Assembly: GCA_013152535.1 (NCBI GenBank)
Contig: JAADGE010000012.1
Location: forward strand, 1,026 to 65,025
Source: Chlorobiota bacterium
GTDB taxonomy: Bacteria; Bacteroidota; Bacteroidia; Bacteroidales; JAADGE01
Length of the DNA: 64,000 nt
Direction: 5' to 3'
Part shown: positions 50,167 through 61,258 of the stretch, one piece after another
How the letters are laid out: every line of letters begins with the position of its first letter
Position numbering within the stretch: the first letter of the stretch is position 1
Notes under the pieces: generated by a model
Told to the model about the DNA's origin: nothing
Databases searched by the model: none
What the model saw: the letters and a program-made list of their open reading frames with translations, nothing else
Translations under genes and position numbers: made by a program

Positions 50167-51620
50167 TGCAGGAAAGAAAAAGCGGAATATTATTGCATAT
50201 AAGTTCCCTGCCGGGGAAATACGGTATCGGAACTCTCGGAGAAGAAGCTTACCGATTTATTGATTTTCTGAAAGAAACAAAACAAACTTACTGGCAAATT
50301 TTGCCCTTAGGACATACGGGATACGGGAATTCACCTTATTCCTCTTTTTCGGCTTTTGCAGGAAATCCGTTACTTGTTGATTTACAGGCATTACCTGTAA
50401 CTTGTCTGAAACAAAAAGAACATAAAATTTCTACTGTTGATTATAACTTTGTTAAAAAAACAAAAATCAGTTTACTGAAAAAAACAGCTTCCGATTTTAT
50501 AAATTCCGATATTGAAAAACTTGGTTTTGAACAGTTTAAACACGAAAACAAATTTTGGCTTTTTGATTATGCTTTTTTCATAAGTTTAAAAGAGTATCAC
50601 AATGAAAAACCATATTGGGAGTTTGAAAAAGGCTTAAAATTTCGAGACAATAATATTTTAGATACTTTCCAAACAGAGCTCAAAACTCAAATCGAAATAT
50701 ACGAAGTTATTCAATATTTTTTCTTTGAACAATGGTTTCGTTTAAAAACCTATGCCGGTGAAAACGGAATAAAAATAATCGGAGACATTCCGCTTTATGT
50801 TGCATCGGACAGTGCCGACACTTGGACACACCCTGAAATTTTTATGCTGAACGATAATTTATCACCCGTAAAAGTTGCCGGAGTTCCGCCGGATTATTTC
50901 AGTCCTACGGGACAACTTTGGGGAAATCCTGTTTACAATTGGCAAAACCAAAAAAAAGACAACTACCGGTGGTGGACAGAACGTATTAAAATGAATTTCA
51001 AACTGTTTGACATTGTTCGCATCGACCATTTCAGAGGCTTGTCGGAATTTTGGGCTGTTCCTTTCGGAAACGAAACTGCCGAGCACGGTACTTGGATGCC
51101 CGGACCCGAAGATGAATTGTTTGAAAAAATATTTAAAAACAATCCGAATTTTATAGCAGAAGATTTGGGTTTTATAACAAAAGAAGTGGAATTATTACGA
51201 GACAAATACGAATTACCCGGAATGAAAATTCTGCAATTTGCATTTAATTCCGGTGCATCAAATCCCTTTTTATCGCATAACCATAACAAAAATTGTGTTG
51301 TTTACACCGGAACACATGACAACGACACTTCTGCCGGAATGTTTAATAACTTTTCTGATGAAGAAAAAACATTTTCAAAAAAGTATTTCCGTTATACGAA
51401 GAAAAATTTTGCTCACGACTTAATGAAACTTACCTGGTCATCGGTTGCAAATACGGTAATTGCACCTTTGCAGGATTTATTACAACTATCGTCGGAACAT
51501 CGCATGAATACTCCCGGAACAATTAGTAATAATTGGGTTTGGCGATTTAAACCGGATGATATAACAGATGATTATAAAAATTTTTTACAAGAAATAACAG
51601 AAATTTACGGCAGAGAATAA
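50166..51620 (+). CDS. malQ: 4-alpha-glucanotransferase (GH77)
   Basis: GILLHISSLPG, WQILPL, GQLWGNP, RIDHFRG, AEDLG and YTGTHDNDT. Confidence 0.96.
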   Translation: MQERKSGILLHISSLPGKYGIGTLGEEAYRFIDFLKETKQTYWQILPLGHTGYGNSPYSSFSAFAGNPLLVDLQALPVTCLKQKEHKISTVDYNFVKKTKISLLKKTASDFINSDIEKLGFEQFKHENKFWLFDYAFFISLKEYHNEKPYWEFEKGLKFRDNNILDTFQTELKTQIEIYEVIQYFFFEQWFRLKTYAGENGIKIIGDIPLYVASDSADTWTHPEIFMLNDNLSPVKVAGVPPDYFSPTGQLWGNPVYNWQNQKKDNYRWWTERIKMNFKLFDIVRIDHFRGLSEFWAVPFGNETAEHGTWMPGPEDELFEKIFKNNPNFIAEDLGFITKEVELLRDKYELPGMKILQFAFNSGASNPFLSHNHNKNCVVYTGTHDNDTSAGMFNNFSDEEKTFSKKYFRYTKKNFAHDLMKLTWSSVANTVIAPLQDLLQLSSEHRMNTPGTISNNWVWRFKPDDITDDYKNFLQEITEIYGRE

Positions 51621-51645
51621 ATAACTGATTATAAAATAAATGTGA

Positions 51646-53103
51646 ATGGTTACCGACCAACAAAATAATTCAGAAGAAAATCATAATTCTTTTATTAATA
51701 TTTTTATAAAATTCTTTACGGACCTTTTCAGTATCAGAGAAGGAACCGACAGAATCAAAACCATTGAGTTTATTCAAAAAGATATTGAATTTAAAGGCAG
51801 AGGAATTTGGATTTTAATCGCATCTGTTTTTATTGCTTCGCTTGGTTTAAATATTAATTCAACCGCTGTTGTAATCGGTGCTATGCTCATTTCTCCGTTA
51901 ATGGGTCCGATTCTCGGCTTGGGGCTTTCCGTCGGAACAAACGATTGGACAACTTTAAAAAAATCATTAAAATTCTTCTTTATTTCGGTAATTGTCAGTG
52001 TATCAGCATCGGCAATTTATTTTCTTATTTCACCTTTAAAAGAAGCCTCATCCGAATTATTAGCTCGAACACAACCGACATTATTAGATGTTTTTATCGG
52101 CATATTCGGCGGAATGGCAGGTATTATTGCCCTTTCGGGTGATGAAAAATCAAATGTTATTCCCGGTGTTGCCATTGCCACGGCTTTAATGCCTCCGCTT
52201 TGCACAGCCGGATACGGCTTAGCAACTTGGCAATTAAATTTTTTGACAGGTGCTTTATATTTATTTTTTATAAACTCCGTATTTATCAGCTTAACCACTT
52301 TTATAGCCGTAAAATACTTGCGTTTTCCAAAAATGAATTATGTCAACCCGAAACGCGAAAAAAGAATAAAATTCTATATTTTTATACTGATTATCATCAT
52401 TATTATTCCCAGTGCTCAAATTTTCTGGAATGTTATAAAAGAATCTCAATTTAATCATCGTGCCGAAACATTTATTAAAGAAAATCTTAAACCGTATAAT
52501 GAAGATATAATTTATACTCAAAAAAGTTATTCCGATACACTTTCGACTATTCAAATTTATCTTACTCATTTTTGCATTCCTAATTCAGAAATTAAAGATT
52601 TAAGGGATAAACTGGAACTATACGGACTTTCAAAATCCGGTTCTGCCGTTCGTGTTACCGATTCAACCGCATTAATTTTTCATCAGGAAAGGAATAATCT
52701 TGATACTTTGGTAACTAAAATTGATAACATGCAAAAAACTTTACCGGAAAAATTAAGAATAGGTGTTTTAGAAGAAATATATAAAAATCAGGAGAATGCA
52801 ATATCGGGAAAAAATGCTAAAATTGAATTTCTGGAAAACCGGCTGATTCAAATAAAACAAGACACCATACCTTTGTACAGCTTAAAAAAAGAGCTGGCCG
52901 TGCAATATCCTGAAATTGATAAATTTGCTTTTGCAAAAAGTATTGAACTCAATGATTCCTTAAAATATGATACGATACCCACAATTCTTGTAAAATGGAA
53001 AAAAGGAACCTACAACAGTTATATTCGAAAAAAATCAAAAACCCTTGCAAAATGGCTTAAAATTCGATTGAATTTTGACAGCATAAGAGTTGTAAAATAT
53101 TAA
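51646..53103 (+). CDS. DUF389 family membrane protein
   Basis: STAVVIGAMLISPLMGPI, ELLART.P and PGVAIATALMPPLC. Confidence 0.9.
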   Translation: MVTDQQNNSEENHNSFINIFIKFFTDLFSIREGTDRIKTIEFIQKDIEFKGRGIWILIASVFIASLGLNINSTAVVIGAMLISPLMGPILGLGLSVGTNDWTTLKKSLKFFFISVIVSVSASAIYFLISPLKEASSELLARTQPTLLDVFIGIFGGMAGIIALSGDEKSNVIPGVAIATALMPPLCTAGYGLATWQLNFLTGALYLFFINSVFISLTTFIAVKYLRFPKMNYVNPKREKRIKFYIFILIIIIIIPSAQIFWNVIKESQFNHRAETFIKENLKPYNEDIIYTQKSYSDTLSTIQIYLTHFCIPNSEIKDLRDKLELYGLSKSGSAVRVTDSTALIFHQERNNLDTLVTKIDNMQKTLPEKLRIGVLEEIYKNQENAISGKNAKIEFLENRLIQIKQDTIPLYSLKKELAVQYPEIDKFAFAKSIELNDSLKYDTIPTILVKWKKGTYNSYIRKKSKTLAKWLKIRLNFDSIRVVKY

Positions 53104-53117
53104 TCTGAGTTTATAAA

Positions 53118-56100
53118 TTAAATTCTTACACCCATAACAATAATGTCGTCTGTTTGTTCAAATTCGCCCTTCCATTTGGTAAGAATTTCTTTAAGAATTT
53201 CTTTTTGTTCCGACATCGGTTTATTATAAATCTTTAATAACAGTTTTTTAAAATTATGTTTATTAAATTTTTGATTGTTATGTCCGAACTGATCCGAATA
53301 ACCGTCAGAGAAAGTATAAATCATATCATTCTTTTTCAATTCAAATTTTTGATATTGAAACGGCGTTTCTTTATGATGTATCCCAATCGGATTTCGGTTT
53401 GCCTTCAACTCTGTTAATTCGCCTTCACGAATAATATAAGCAGGATTAAAAGCACCGGCAAATTGGAGTTGCATACCTTCATTATCAATAATACACAAAG
53501 CAATGTCCATTCCGTCTTTCGATTCAATACCGGCAGATGTTTGATTTAATGAGCTTTTTATCTTTTTTCTTAACCTGTTCAAAAATTCATCAGGTGTGTC
53601 GAAACGTACTTTTGTAACTATTTCACTAAGAAAAGAAATTCCGAGCATACTTAACATTGCTCCCGGAACACCGTGTCCGGTACAATCTCCGACAGCATAA
53701 ACAGTATATTCTCTTATTTGTTTTATCCAGTAAAAATCTCCGCTGACAATGTCTCTCGGTTTAAAAAATACAAAATAATCTTTCAACGATTTATCCAAAA
53801 TATTTTTTGACGGCATCATAGCTTGTTGAATGCGTTTTGCATATACAATACTGTCTTTTATGCTTTTATGGCTTTTTGCAATTTGATTTCGTTGTTCTTC
53901 GATTGTTTTTGTTCGTTCATTAATTTTTTGCTCCAATAATTTCTGGTTTTTTTTGAGTTTTCGTTCTCGCATTTTAATAATCAAAATAACAATCAAAACT
54001 AAAAATAAACCTGAACTGATTAAAAACCAATCTTTTTCCCAAAACGCTTCTTTAACATAAAAAGTTATCTTCTCTTCTTCACTTATTGAATTAAGAATAT
54101 TTTTTGCTTTAACATGAAAAATATATTTACCATGCGGTAAATAAGGAAAAGATATTTCATTATTTTTTCCCCAGCCCGACCGATTTTTCATCAATCCTTC
54201 CAGAAAATACTGATACTCAACAGCATCTTGTTTAATAAAAAAAGGAGCAGATAATATTATTTTTATATTATTTTCATCAGCATTCAAAGATATATCTGTT
54301 AAAGAATATTTTTCCCCTTTTTGATTTGTTACAGTTTTAATGAATAAGTTTTGTTTGGGATTATAAAATGAAACATTCAAATTATTTATTTTGTATAAAT
54401 TATTTTTATCGTCAATAACCCAAGTGTCATTTAATTTATCTACATACAAGTACTCAATATTGTCAAATAAATTCAAATAAATATTATTTTTACAATCATA
54501 GTTTTTAGTATAAATAAGAGAATTCCACGAGTTGTTTTCATGCATCCATAAAACATCAACTTGGGTTTTAATAAAGGAAAGTTCCTTGCTTCCCAAAATG
54601 ATTATGCTGCCTTGTTTTTCACTGTAAGCCAACACCTTAGAAGGAAGTAATATGTAGATAATATTCTCAAATTCTTGAATCAGAGCAGGTTCTTCGTATT
54701 TGTTATTTATTTTATAAGATTTTATTTCTGTATTATCAAAATTCAACAAATAAATATCTCCTGTCGTACCGACCCAAACGGCAGTATCATTTGCGGATAC
54801 CGAAGTTACATTATTACCTTTTAATTTATTAACTTCTGAAACTTTTATTTCGTCCTCATTAAATTCCAAAATAAGCAATCCGTTATTTGTACAGACATAA
54901 AACAGATTTGAATTGTTTTTTGACGGAATAATATTATTAATATAACGATCCGAAATTATATGCTCCGCTTCTTTATCTTTAATTAAATAAACACCGTTAT
55001 TCCCTCCAACTAATAATTCATTACCGTAAGGGACTAATATTTTACACCTGTCATTTAAATTCTCAATCTTTTTATAGGAATGGCTTACAGATTGCATACC
55101 TAATAACTTTCGTTTTCGAATCAGTGAATTTCTTTTTCTTTCAGATAAATTGATAGTATTATCAGGAGAAACAAAGTCTCTTATTTTTTTATGAAGACCG
55201 GCAAAAAGCCCCTTTTTTTTCGCATCTTCTTTAGCCTTAATCCTTTTTTTAGTTTTTAATTTTTTTGAAACTGTTTTGATTTCACTTTCAATGAGTCGTG
55301 CACGTTTATAGGCATCTAATTCTTCCAAAAAGAATAAATTTTCGTTTGTTCCGACATAAAGTGTATTATTAATATTTATTACCGATAATAATCTTCCTTC
55401 AATGCCCGGATAGCTGCTGTAAAGTTTTACCGGAACAGAAAAATCAATACGACTTATTCCTAATCCGTGAGATAACCACAAGCCGTTGTTATCATCCTTA
55501 CCGATTGCAAAAATCTCATTATCAGGCAATCCCGACGAATAATTAATATTCTTAACAGTTTTTCTTGTTTTAGAATCAATAATCAAAATACCGCCGATTA
55601 AAGTTGACAGGGCAATTTTGGTATTTGTAAGACGAACTGCATTTGTTAATATACTTTCATCCAAATATTTCTGATCTCGTATATTAAATTGCCAAACAGA
55701 TTTTCCGCTGAAATAATACAATTTATTATTTGTTGTTCCGATTAAAGTTTTTGTTTTACTTATAGGAAAATCGAAAATTATTTTACCGATATTGTTTTTG
55801 TTTTTTATACTTTGATAATAAAGCGAATCATTTTTCAACTTATAGAATGTATTATCTTCCGAAACAAAAAACAGTTTATCTGATTGATTAATAATTCCGG
55901 TTATCTGTTTATTATTTTTAAAATTAGAAATTTGTTTAACAACAGTATAATCATCTGTATTATATATTGTTATAAAATTTTCTGATACTACAATAAGTTT
56001 GTTTTCTAATGAAGAAATTTCAATAACTTTTCCAATATTTTCGGAGCTCTTTTTTATTGAAACAAAAACTTGAATACCTGTAGTATCCCGATCTAAATAA

Positions 56101-56411
56101 CCGACATCATTAACACATCCGGCATAAATTTTATTATCTGCAGTATCCGAATACATAGTTAAAGGCATCGCCGGTGTCGGAATAATATCCCAAGCAGAAC
56201 CGTCAAAACTCAAAATCCCTTTTTGATTTGCAAAAAACATTTGTTGCTTTTTACCTTGAATAATAAACCAATTATTAAGTTTATATTTATTATTTAACTT
56301 ATAATTAGTAATAAACGGGCTCCCTTCCTGAGCTGAAGCCGAAAAAGCAATAATGATAAAGAATGTAAAAACCAAAATTCGGTTTAAATATACACTGTGT
56401 CTCAATTTCAT
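53118..56411 (-). CDS. Periplasmic beta-propeller/Y_Y_Y sensor fused to a SpoIIE (PP2C) phosphatase
   Basis: Signal peptide, GLPDNEI propeller repeats, YQYFLEG..LPHGKY.F.V, a TM helix, and PRDIVSGDFYW, DCTGHGVPGA, DGMD, SDGYSDQ and QTDD. Confidence 0.92.
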   Translation of the reverse strand: MKLRHSVYLNRILVFTFFIIIAFSASAQEGSPFITNYKLNNKYKLNNWFIIQGKKQQMFFANQKGILSFDGSAWDIIPTPAMPLTMYSDTADNKIYAGCVNDVGYLDRDTTGIQVFVSIKKSSENIGKVIEISSLENKLIVVSENFITIYNTDDYTVVKQISNFKNNKQITGIINQSDKLFFVSEDNTFYKLKNDSLYYQSIKNKNNIGKIIFDFPISKTKTLIGTTNNKLYYFSGKSVWQFNIRDQKYLDESILTNAVRLTNTKIALSTLIGGILIIDSKTRKTVKNINYSSGLPDNEIFAIGKDDNNGLWLSHGLGISRIDFSVPVKLYSSYPGIEGRLLSVININNTLYVGTNENLFFLEELDAYKRARLIESEIKTVSKKLKTKKRIKAKEDAKKKGLFAGLHKKIRDFVSPDNTINLSERKRNSLIRKRKLLGMQSVSHSYKKIENLNDRCKILVPYGNELLVGGNNGVYLIKDKEAEHIISDRYINNIIPSKNNSNLFYVCTNNGLLILEFNEDEIKVSEVNKLKGNNVTSVSANDTAVWVGTTGDIYLLNFDNTEIKSYKINNKYEEPALIQEFENIIYILLPSKVLAYSEKQGSIIILGSKELSFIKTQVDVLWMHENNSWNSLIYTKNYDCKNNIYLNLFDNIEYLYVDKLNDTWVIDDKNNLYKINNLNVSFYNPKQNLFIKTVTNQKGEKYSLTDISLNADENNIKIILSAPFFIKQDAVEYQYFLEGLMKNRSGWGKNNEISFPYLPHGKYIFHVKAKNILNSISEEEKITFYVKEAFWEKDWFLISSGLFLVLIVILIIKMRERKLKKNQKLLEQKINERTKTIEEQRNQIAKSHKSIKDSIVYAKRIQQAMMPSKNILDKSLKDYFVFFKPRDIVSGDFYWIKQIREYTVYAVGDCTGHGVPGAMLSMLGISFLSEIVTKVRFDTPDEFLNRLRKKIKSSLNQTSAGIESKDGMDIALCIIDNEGMQLQFAGAFNPAYIIREGELTELKANRNPIGIHHKETPFQYQKFELKKNDMIYTFSDGYSDQFGHNNQKFNKHNFKKLLLKIYNKPMSEQKEILKEILTKWKGEFEQTDDIIVMGVRI

Positions 56412-56562
56412 AAATGTAATATTAATCAACCTACAAATTTACTTAAAATACTTATCCTGTAAAAAGAAGTTTTATTTTTTGAATAATTTGTTAATAACCG
56501 ACACACAGCATTGCCTGGAAGTACGATAATTTTAATATTTTTGTATTTTAAATTTAAACTCA

Positions 56563-57357
56563 ATGCAACAATATTTAAACCTGTTAGACAGAGTATTAAC
56601 TGAAGGTGTAAAGAAAGAAGACAGGACAGGAACAGGAACAATCAGTGTTTTCGGTCATCAAATGCGCTTTAATTTACAGGAAGGTTTTCCTTTGATAACA
56701 ACAAAAAAATTACATTTGAAATCAATTATTTATGAACTGCTGTGGTTTATAAAAGGTTCTACAAATGTGAAATATCTGCAAGATAACGGAATAAAAATTT
56801 GGAACGAATGGGCAAATTCAGATGGCGAACTCGGCAGAATCTACGGTTATCAATGGCGTTCGTGGACAACAGAAAACAGCGGACATGTTGACCAACTTCT
56901 CAATGTGATAAAGCAGTTGAAAGAAAATCCGAATTCCCGAAGACATATTGTAAGTGCTTGGAATGTAGGCGATTTAGATAAAATGAATTTACCTCCTTGC
57001 CACATTCTGTTTCAATTTTATGTTGCCGATAATAAATTATCCTGCCAATTGTATCAACGAAGTGCCGATATTTTTCTGGGTGTGCCTTTTAATATCGCTT
57101 CTTATGCGTTGTTAATTATGATGGTTGCACAAGAAACCGGTTATGAACTCGGTGATTTTGTTCATACACTCGGTGATGCTCATATTTATCTGAATCATAT
57201 TGAACAAGTAAAATTACAGCTCTCAAGAGAACCGCGAGCACTACCGACCTTGAAATTAAACTTGGGCGTTAAAAAAGTTACTGATTTTAAATACGAAGAT
57301 TTTACATTAGAAAATTATAATTCGCATCCGCATATTAAAGGTGCAATATCTGTTTAA
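56563..57357 (+). CDS. thyA: Thymidylate synthase
   Basis: DRTGTGT, LPPCH and [14 protein letters not shown]. Confidence 0.98.
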   Translation: MQQYLNLLDRVLTEGVKKEDRTGTGTISVFGHQMRFNLQEGFPLITTKKLHLKSIIYELLWFIKGSTNVKYLQDNGIKIWNEWANSDGELGRIYGYQWRSWTTENSGHVDQLLNVIKQLKENPNSRRHIVSAWNVGDLDKMNLPPCHILFQFYVADNKLSCQLYQRSADIFLGVPFNIASYALLIMMVAQETGYELGDFVHTLGDAHIYLNHIEQVKLQLSREPRALPTLKLNLGVKKVTDFKYEDFTLENYNSHPHIKGAISV

Positions 57358-57359
57358 TT

Positions 57360-57869
57360 ATGAAAATTTCTATCATAGCCGCTGTTGCCGAAAATAATGT
57401 TATCGGAAAAAATAACGATTTAATTTGGCATATTTCGGAAGACTTAAAACGATTTAAAAAAATAACAACCGGTCATACGATTATTATGGGCAGAAAAACA
57501 TATGAATCGCTGCCGTTTAAGCCTTTACCGGGCAGAAAAAACATTATTTTAACGTCTCAAAAAGATATTAATTTTGAAGGGGCAATTATTATTAATTCAA
57601 TTAAGGAAGCATTAAATATGTGTTCAGATGCTAATGATGAAGTCTTTATTTGCGGTGGTGCAACCATGTACAAACTCTTTTATCCTTATGCTAATCGGCT
57701 ATATCTTACAAAAATACATCATATTGTTGAAGGAGATACTTTTTTTCCTGAAATTGATTATGCCGAATGGAAAACGGAATATAAATCTGAGCTGTTTTTT
57801 GATGAAAAAGTTCAATTAAAATACTCATTTATAAATTATATCCGGAAACAAAAAAAAGAGGCTTTATAA
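57360..57869 (+). CDS. folA: Dihydrofolate reductase
   Basis: VIGKNNDLIW, IMGRKT, PLPGR, ICGG and GDTFFP. Confidence 0.97.
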   Translation: MKISIIAAVAENNVIGKNNDLIWHISEDLKRFKKITTGHTIIMGRKTYESLPFKPLPGRKNIILTSQKDINFEGAIIINSIKEALNMCSDANDEVFICGGATMYKLFYPYANRLYLTKIHHIVEGDTFFPEIDYAEWKTEYKSELFFDEKVQLKYSFINYIRKQKKEAL

Positions 57870-57901
57870 CCTCTTTCTTATTTTTTGTATTCTTATAAAA
57901 T

Positions 57902-58792
57902 TTATTCCAAGGTTACCGTCATTATCGGTAAAGCCATATGCCATTTTGTATCTTCACTGTCAAAATTTAAATCTCCCGCACCAAAAGCACCGCTGCCGTC
58001 TTTATCTTCGAATTGCCAACAATTATTAACATTAAAATCAATAATAATGTTTTCTCCTCCGTTATCTGTTAAATCAAAATTAATTACGGCAGAATAAACC
58101 GGATGCGGTGCATTATTCATAAAATCAACATCGCCGAACGGTCCGTAATTATTTCCGGGTTTTCCGGCAAAATCAAACCAAATATTTCCGTCACCCATGC
58201 CGTCATCATCTTCATCGTTCGTATATGCAGCAGATCTGGGAGAAACAGGTGTCATATCCGGACTTTGTCCGTTTCCGAGCAGCCAACCTTCTTCGCTTCC
58301 GGCATCATTAATTTGTGTCATATCTCCGGGTTGATGCAATCCGCCTTCCGTTTCGTTATCATCCGATAAATAAATACGAATATTTCTCGGTTCATTACCG
58401 TTGCTTGCGGTAATGTTAAGTTTCATTTGTAAATAATAAATTTCAACTTTAACCGAAGAATAAGTTCCGTCGGGAACTGTTGTTCCCTGCATCAAAGAAT
58501 GAGTTGTATTTGCATCCGAAAAATCAAATACCAAAGAAGAACTTAAATCGCTTTTATTAAATATTTCAAAATCAGGAGTACCGTCATCTCCCTGTAATAT
58601 AACACTTTTAAGTGCCACATAATAATTTGCGGGTGTTTGTTTTGTCAAATTAATTTTAGAAGCATCAGCAGTAGTGCTAAAATCAACTTTTAACTTCACA
58701 TCTTTAATACTTTTAAACGAATTTTTTTTACATGCACCTGCAGAAAGCAAAACAGCAAAAAGAAAAATACTGAATTTTGTAATAGTTTTCAT
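57902..58792 (-). CDS. Hypothetical acidic lipoprotein
   Basis: Lipobox LSAGAC and an Asp/Gly-rich body with DxDxDG-like loops (DEDDDGMGD, DKDGSG). The ATG at 58792 is the likely start. Confidence 0.75.
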   Translation of the reverse strand: MKTITKFSIFLFAVLLSAGACKKNSFKSIKDVKLKVDFSTTADASKINLTKQTPANYYVALKSVILQGDDGTPDFEIFNKSDLSSSLVFDFSDANTTHSLMQGTTVPDGTYSSVKVEIYYLQMKLNITASNGNEPRNIRIYLSDDNETEGGLHQPGDMTQINDAGSEEGWLLGNGQSPDMTPVSPRSAAYTNDEDDDGMGDGNIWFDFAGKPGNNYGPFGDVDFMNNAPHPVYSAVINFDLTDNGGENIIIDFNVNNCWQFEDKDGSGAFGAGDLNFDSEDTKWHMALPIMTVTLE

Positions 58793-59054
58793 AATAAATA
58801 GTTTTAAGTTTGATATGTAAAAATACAAAAAATTTAATTCATTTTTCAGATTCTGTTAAACAACATAGTTAAACCTTTTATTATAAAAAGAGTCATATAT
58901 ATGAAAGACACAAAATTTTCTCATAATCAAACGACAGAAGCCTGCATTATTATTTTATGCAGGCTTTTATTCAGAACGTTAATAAAAAAACAATATTTTA
59001 TAAAACAAATAATGAAAATAAAAAACAAACATTTATATTTGAACAAATTTAAAA

Positions 59055-59678
59055 TTGATGACCTTCAAGGAAAGAATTGATAAATACAAGAAAAAATCAA
59101 TCGGAGCAAAAATTTCGGATATTATTTTTATCATTTTTGTTGCCGCTATGCTGACATCCTCAGGAAGAATGGCAATAGGAGGATTTGTTAATCGCATTAA
59201 AGCAATGATAATTGCTCCTTCCGTAAATTCAGAAAAAAACATTATTCAACTTTCAGAAACCGATTATAATTGGGAACTCCAAAATATTAACGGAAAGAGT
59301 ATAAATTTTTCGGATTATGAAGGCAAGGTTATTTTTTTGAATTTTTGGGCAACTTGGTGCCCGCCTTGTGTGGGAGAAATGCCCGAAATTCAGAAATTAT
59401 ACAACCTTTATAAAAATAATAACGGAATAAAATTTTTACTTGTAACGAACGAACCGATTTCAAAAGCCCGAGAATTTATAAAAAAAAGAGAATACGATTT
59501 TCCTGTTTTTTCATCCGTAATATCAACTCCTGCGGTTTTTAAATCAAGCGTTATCCCGACTACTTTTATTATTTCTAAAAAAGGAGAAATATTAGTAAAC
59601 GAGACAGGTGCAACAAATTGGAGCGGAAAAACAACAACGGAACTTATAGAAAAGTTACTCAATAAAAACAACAATTAA
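59055..59678 (+). CDS. TlpA/ResA family thiol-disulfide reductase
   Basis: TM anchor, NFWATWCPPC..EMP and IPTTFII. Confidence 0.93.
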   Translation: MMTFKERIDKYKKKSIGAKISDIIFIIFVAAMLTSSGRMAIGGFVNRIKAMIIAPSVNSEKNIIQLSETDYNWELQNINGKSINFSDYEGKVIFLNFWATWCPPCVGEMPEIQKLYNLYKNNNGIKFLLVTNEPISKAREFIKKREYDFPVFSSVISTPAVFKSSVIPTTFIISKKGEILVNETGATNWSGKTTTELIEKLLNKNNN

Positions 59679-59701
59679 TTATTAATTTAAAAATTTCAAA
59701 C

Positions 59702-60304
59702 ATGAAAAAACTATTATTAGCAATTGCCGTTATTTTCTTTGCAGGAAATATGCAGGCACAAAGGATTAAACTCGTTGACGGAAATTTAAAGTTTTTAAAA
59801 GGTGTAAAAGATTTGAATTTGGAATATACTTATAACGATATGAAAGTAGGTAAATATTCCGAAGCCGATTACGTTACAAAAAAGACCGAAGAATATAATA
59901 AAAAAGAAGCCGGACGCGGAGATAAGTGGGCAAATATGTGGATTGAAGACAGAGAAAAAAGATTTGAACCCAGATTTGAATTACTGTTTAATAAGTATAT
60001 CGAAAAATATGACGCCATTGCAGAACAAGGCAACAAAGATGCTGAATATACTATGATTTTACATACCTATTTTACCGAACCGGGATATTATATCGGAATA
60101 TCTTCCGCACCGGCTTCGATTAATTGTGAAGCAATTTTTGTAAAAACTTCCGATCCTAATACCGTACTTGCTAAAGTAGATATCAGAAAAGCCCCCGGAC
60201 GTGCAGGAGCCGGATGGGATACCGGTGAACGAATAAAAGAATCTTATGCAAAAGCAGGAAAAGAACTTGCAAAGTTCTTATTAAAAAACAAAGCTTTCAA
60301 ATAG
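59702..60304 (+). CDS. Secreted hypothetical protein
   Basis: Signal peptide MKKLLLAIAVIFFAGNMQA and host-like codon usage. Confidence 0.75.
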   Translation: MKKLLLAIAVIFFAGNMQAQRIKLVDGNLKFLKGVKDLNLEYTYNDMKVGKYSEADYVTKKTEEYNKKEAGRGDKWANMWIEDREKRFEPRFELLFNKYIEKYDAIAEQGNKDAEYTMILHTYFTEPGYYIGISSAPASINCEAIFVKTSDPNTVLAKVDIRKAPGRAGAGWDTGERIKESYAKAGKELAKFLLKNKAFK

Positions 60305-60315
60305 CATAATTTTTT

Positions 60316-60483
60316 ACATTTTAATGCAATATCTGCATAAACAACTTGCAGCTGTCTCGTTTTGTTAACCTTGAAGCGGTTAAAACCGCCTAAAGATTAT
60401 ATTATAAAATAAACAAAACTGCTGCAAGTTATTTTTGTATCAGGTTCTATGGCTTTCCGCTGTAAAAATATTGCAATAAATGT
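60316..60483. other. Nested inverted-repeat element (candidate structured ncRNA or MITE)
   Basis: Paired segments are TGCAATAT 60325-32/60468-75, AACTTGCAGC 60343-52/60421-30 and GTTTTGTT 60359-66/60412-19. An inner hairpin GCGGTT-AA-AACCGC is at 60376-89. Confidence 0.5.
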
Positions 60484-60539
60484 TGAAATAAAATATATTT
60501 GTGTTTTACTTATTTAAATTCGCTTACATTTGAAAAAAA

Positions 60540-61091
60540 TTGGCAGAAGAAAAATACATACTCGGAATAGATCCCGGAACTGCATTTACCGGATACGGAA
60601 TTATTAAAATTATCGGGAAAACCCCGCAATTGGAAACATTCGGTTATATCGAGCTTTCAAAAATTGAAAATCCCTACGATCGATTAAAAAAAATTTATAA
60701 TCGAACTGTTCAGTTAATTGAGAGTTATCCCGTTTCTGAATTTGCAATTGAAGCACCCTTTTTCGGAAAAAACGTTCAGTCAATGTTGAAACTCGGAAGA
60801 GCACAAGGCGTGGCAATTGCTGCTGCTTTATCAAAAAATTTAGCTGTTTATGAATATTCACCGCGAAAGATAAAATTAGCCGTAACCGGAAACGGAAATG
60901 CTTCGAAAGAACAAGTTGCTGCCTTTTTGCAAAATACATTAAAGTTTAAAAATATGCCGGCAAAACTTGATGCGACAGACGGATTAGCCGTTGCTGTTTG
61001 TCATCATTATCAAAATCATTATTCCGTAAAAGGAGCAGCAAAAAGTTGGAAAGATTTCATAAATAAAAATCCCGGGCGAGTGCAAAAATAA
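60540..61091 (+). CDS. ruvC: Holliday junction resolvase
   Basis: ILGIDPGT, AIEAPF, KLGRAQG, GNGNASKEQV and DATDGLA. Confidence 0.97.
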   Translation: MAEEKYILGIDPGTAFTGYGIIKIIGKTPQLETFGYIELSKIENPYDRLKKIYNRTVQLIESYPVSEFAIEAPFFGKNVQSMLKLGRAQGVAIAAALSKNLAVYEYSPRKIKLAVTGNGNASKEQVAAFLQNTLKFKNMPAKLDATDGLAVAVCHHYQNHYSVKGAAKSWKDFINKNPGRVQK

Positions 61092-61258
61092 AATTTGTTT
61101 GAAATATATTAATTAAATTTTACGAAAACACTTTAAAATTAGCAATTTAATTATTAAATTTGTGTTGTTAATAGTATAAATTAGTTTTCGGAATATAAAA
61201 ATCCGTTCCGAAAAATTCATTATTTGTAATACTATATTGTTTAATAAAACCAAAAATT

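Noticed and set aside
60540-61091. RuvC-fold ORF as a TnpB/Cas-like nuclease with the upstream structure as guide RNA
   Set aside because: It is a canonical 183-aa RuvC resolvase with its own promoter and no additional domains.
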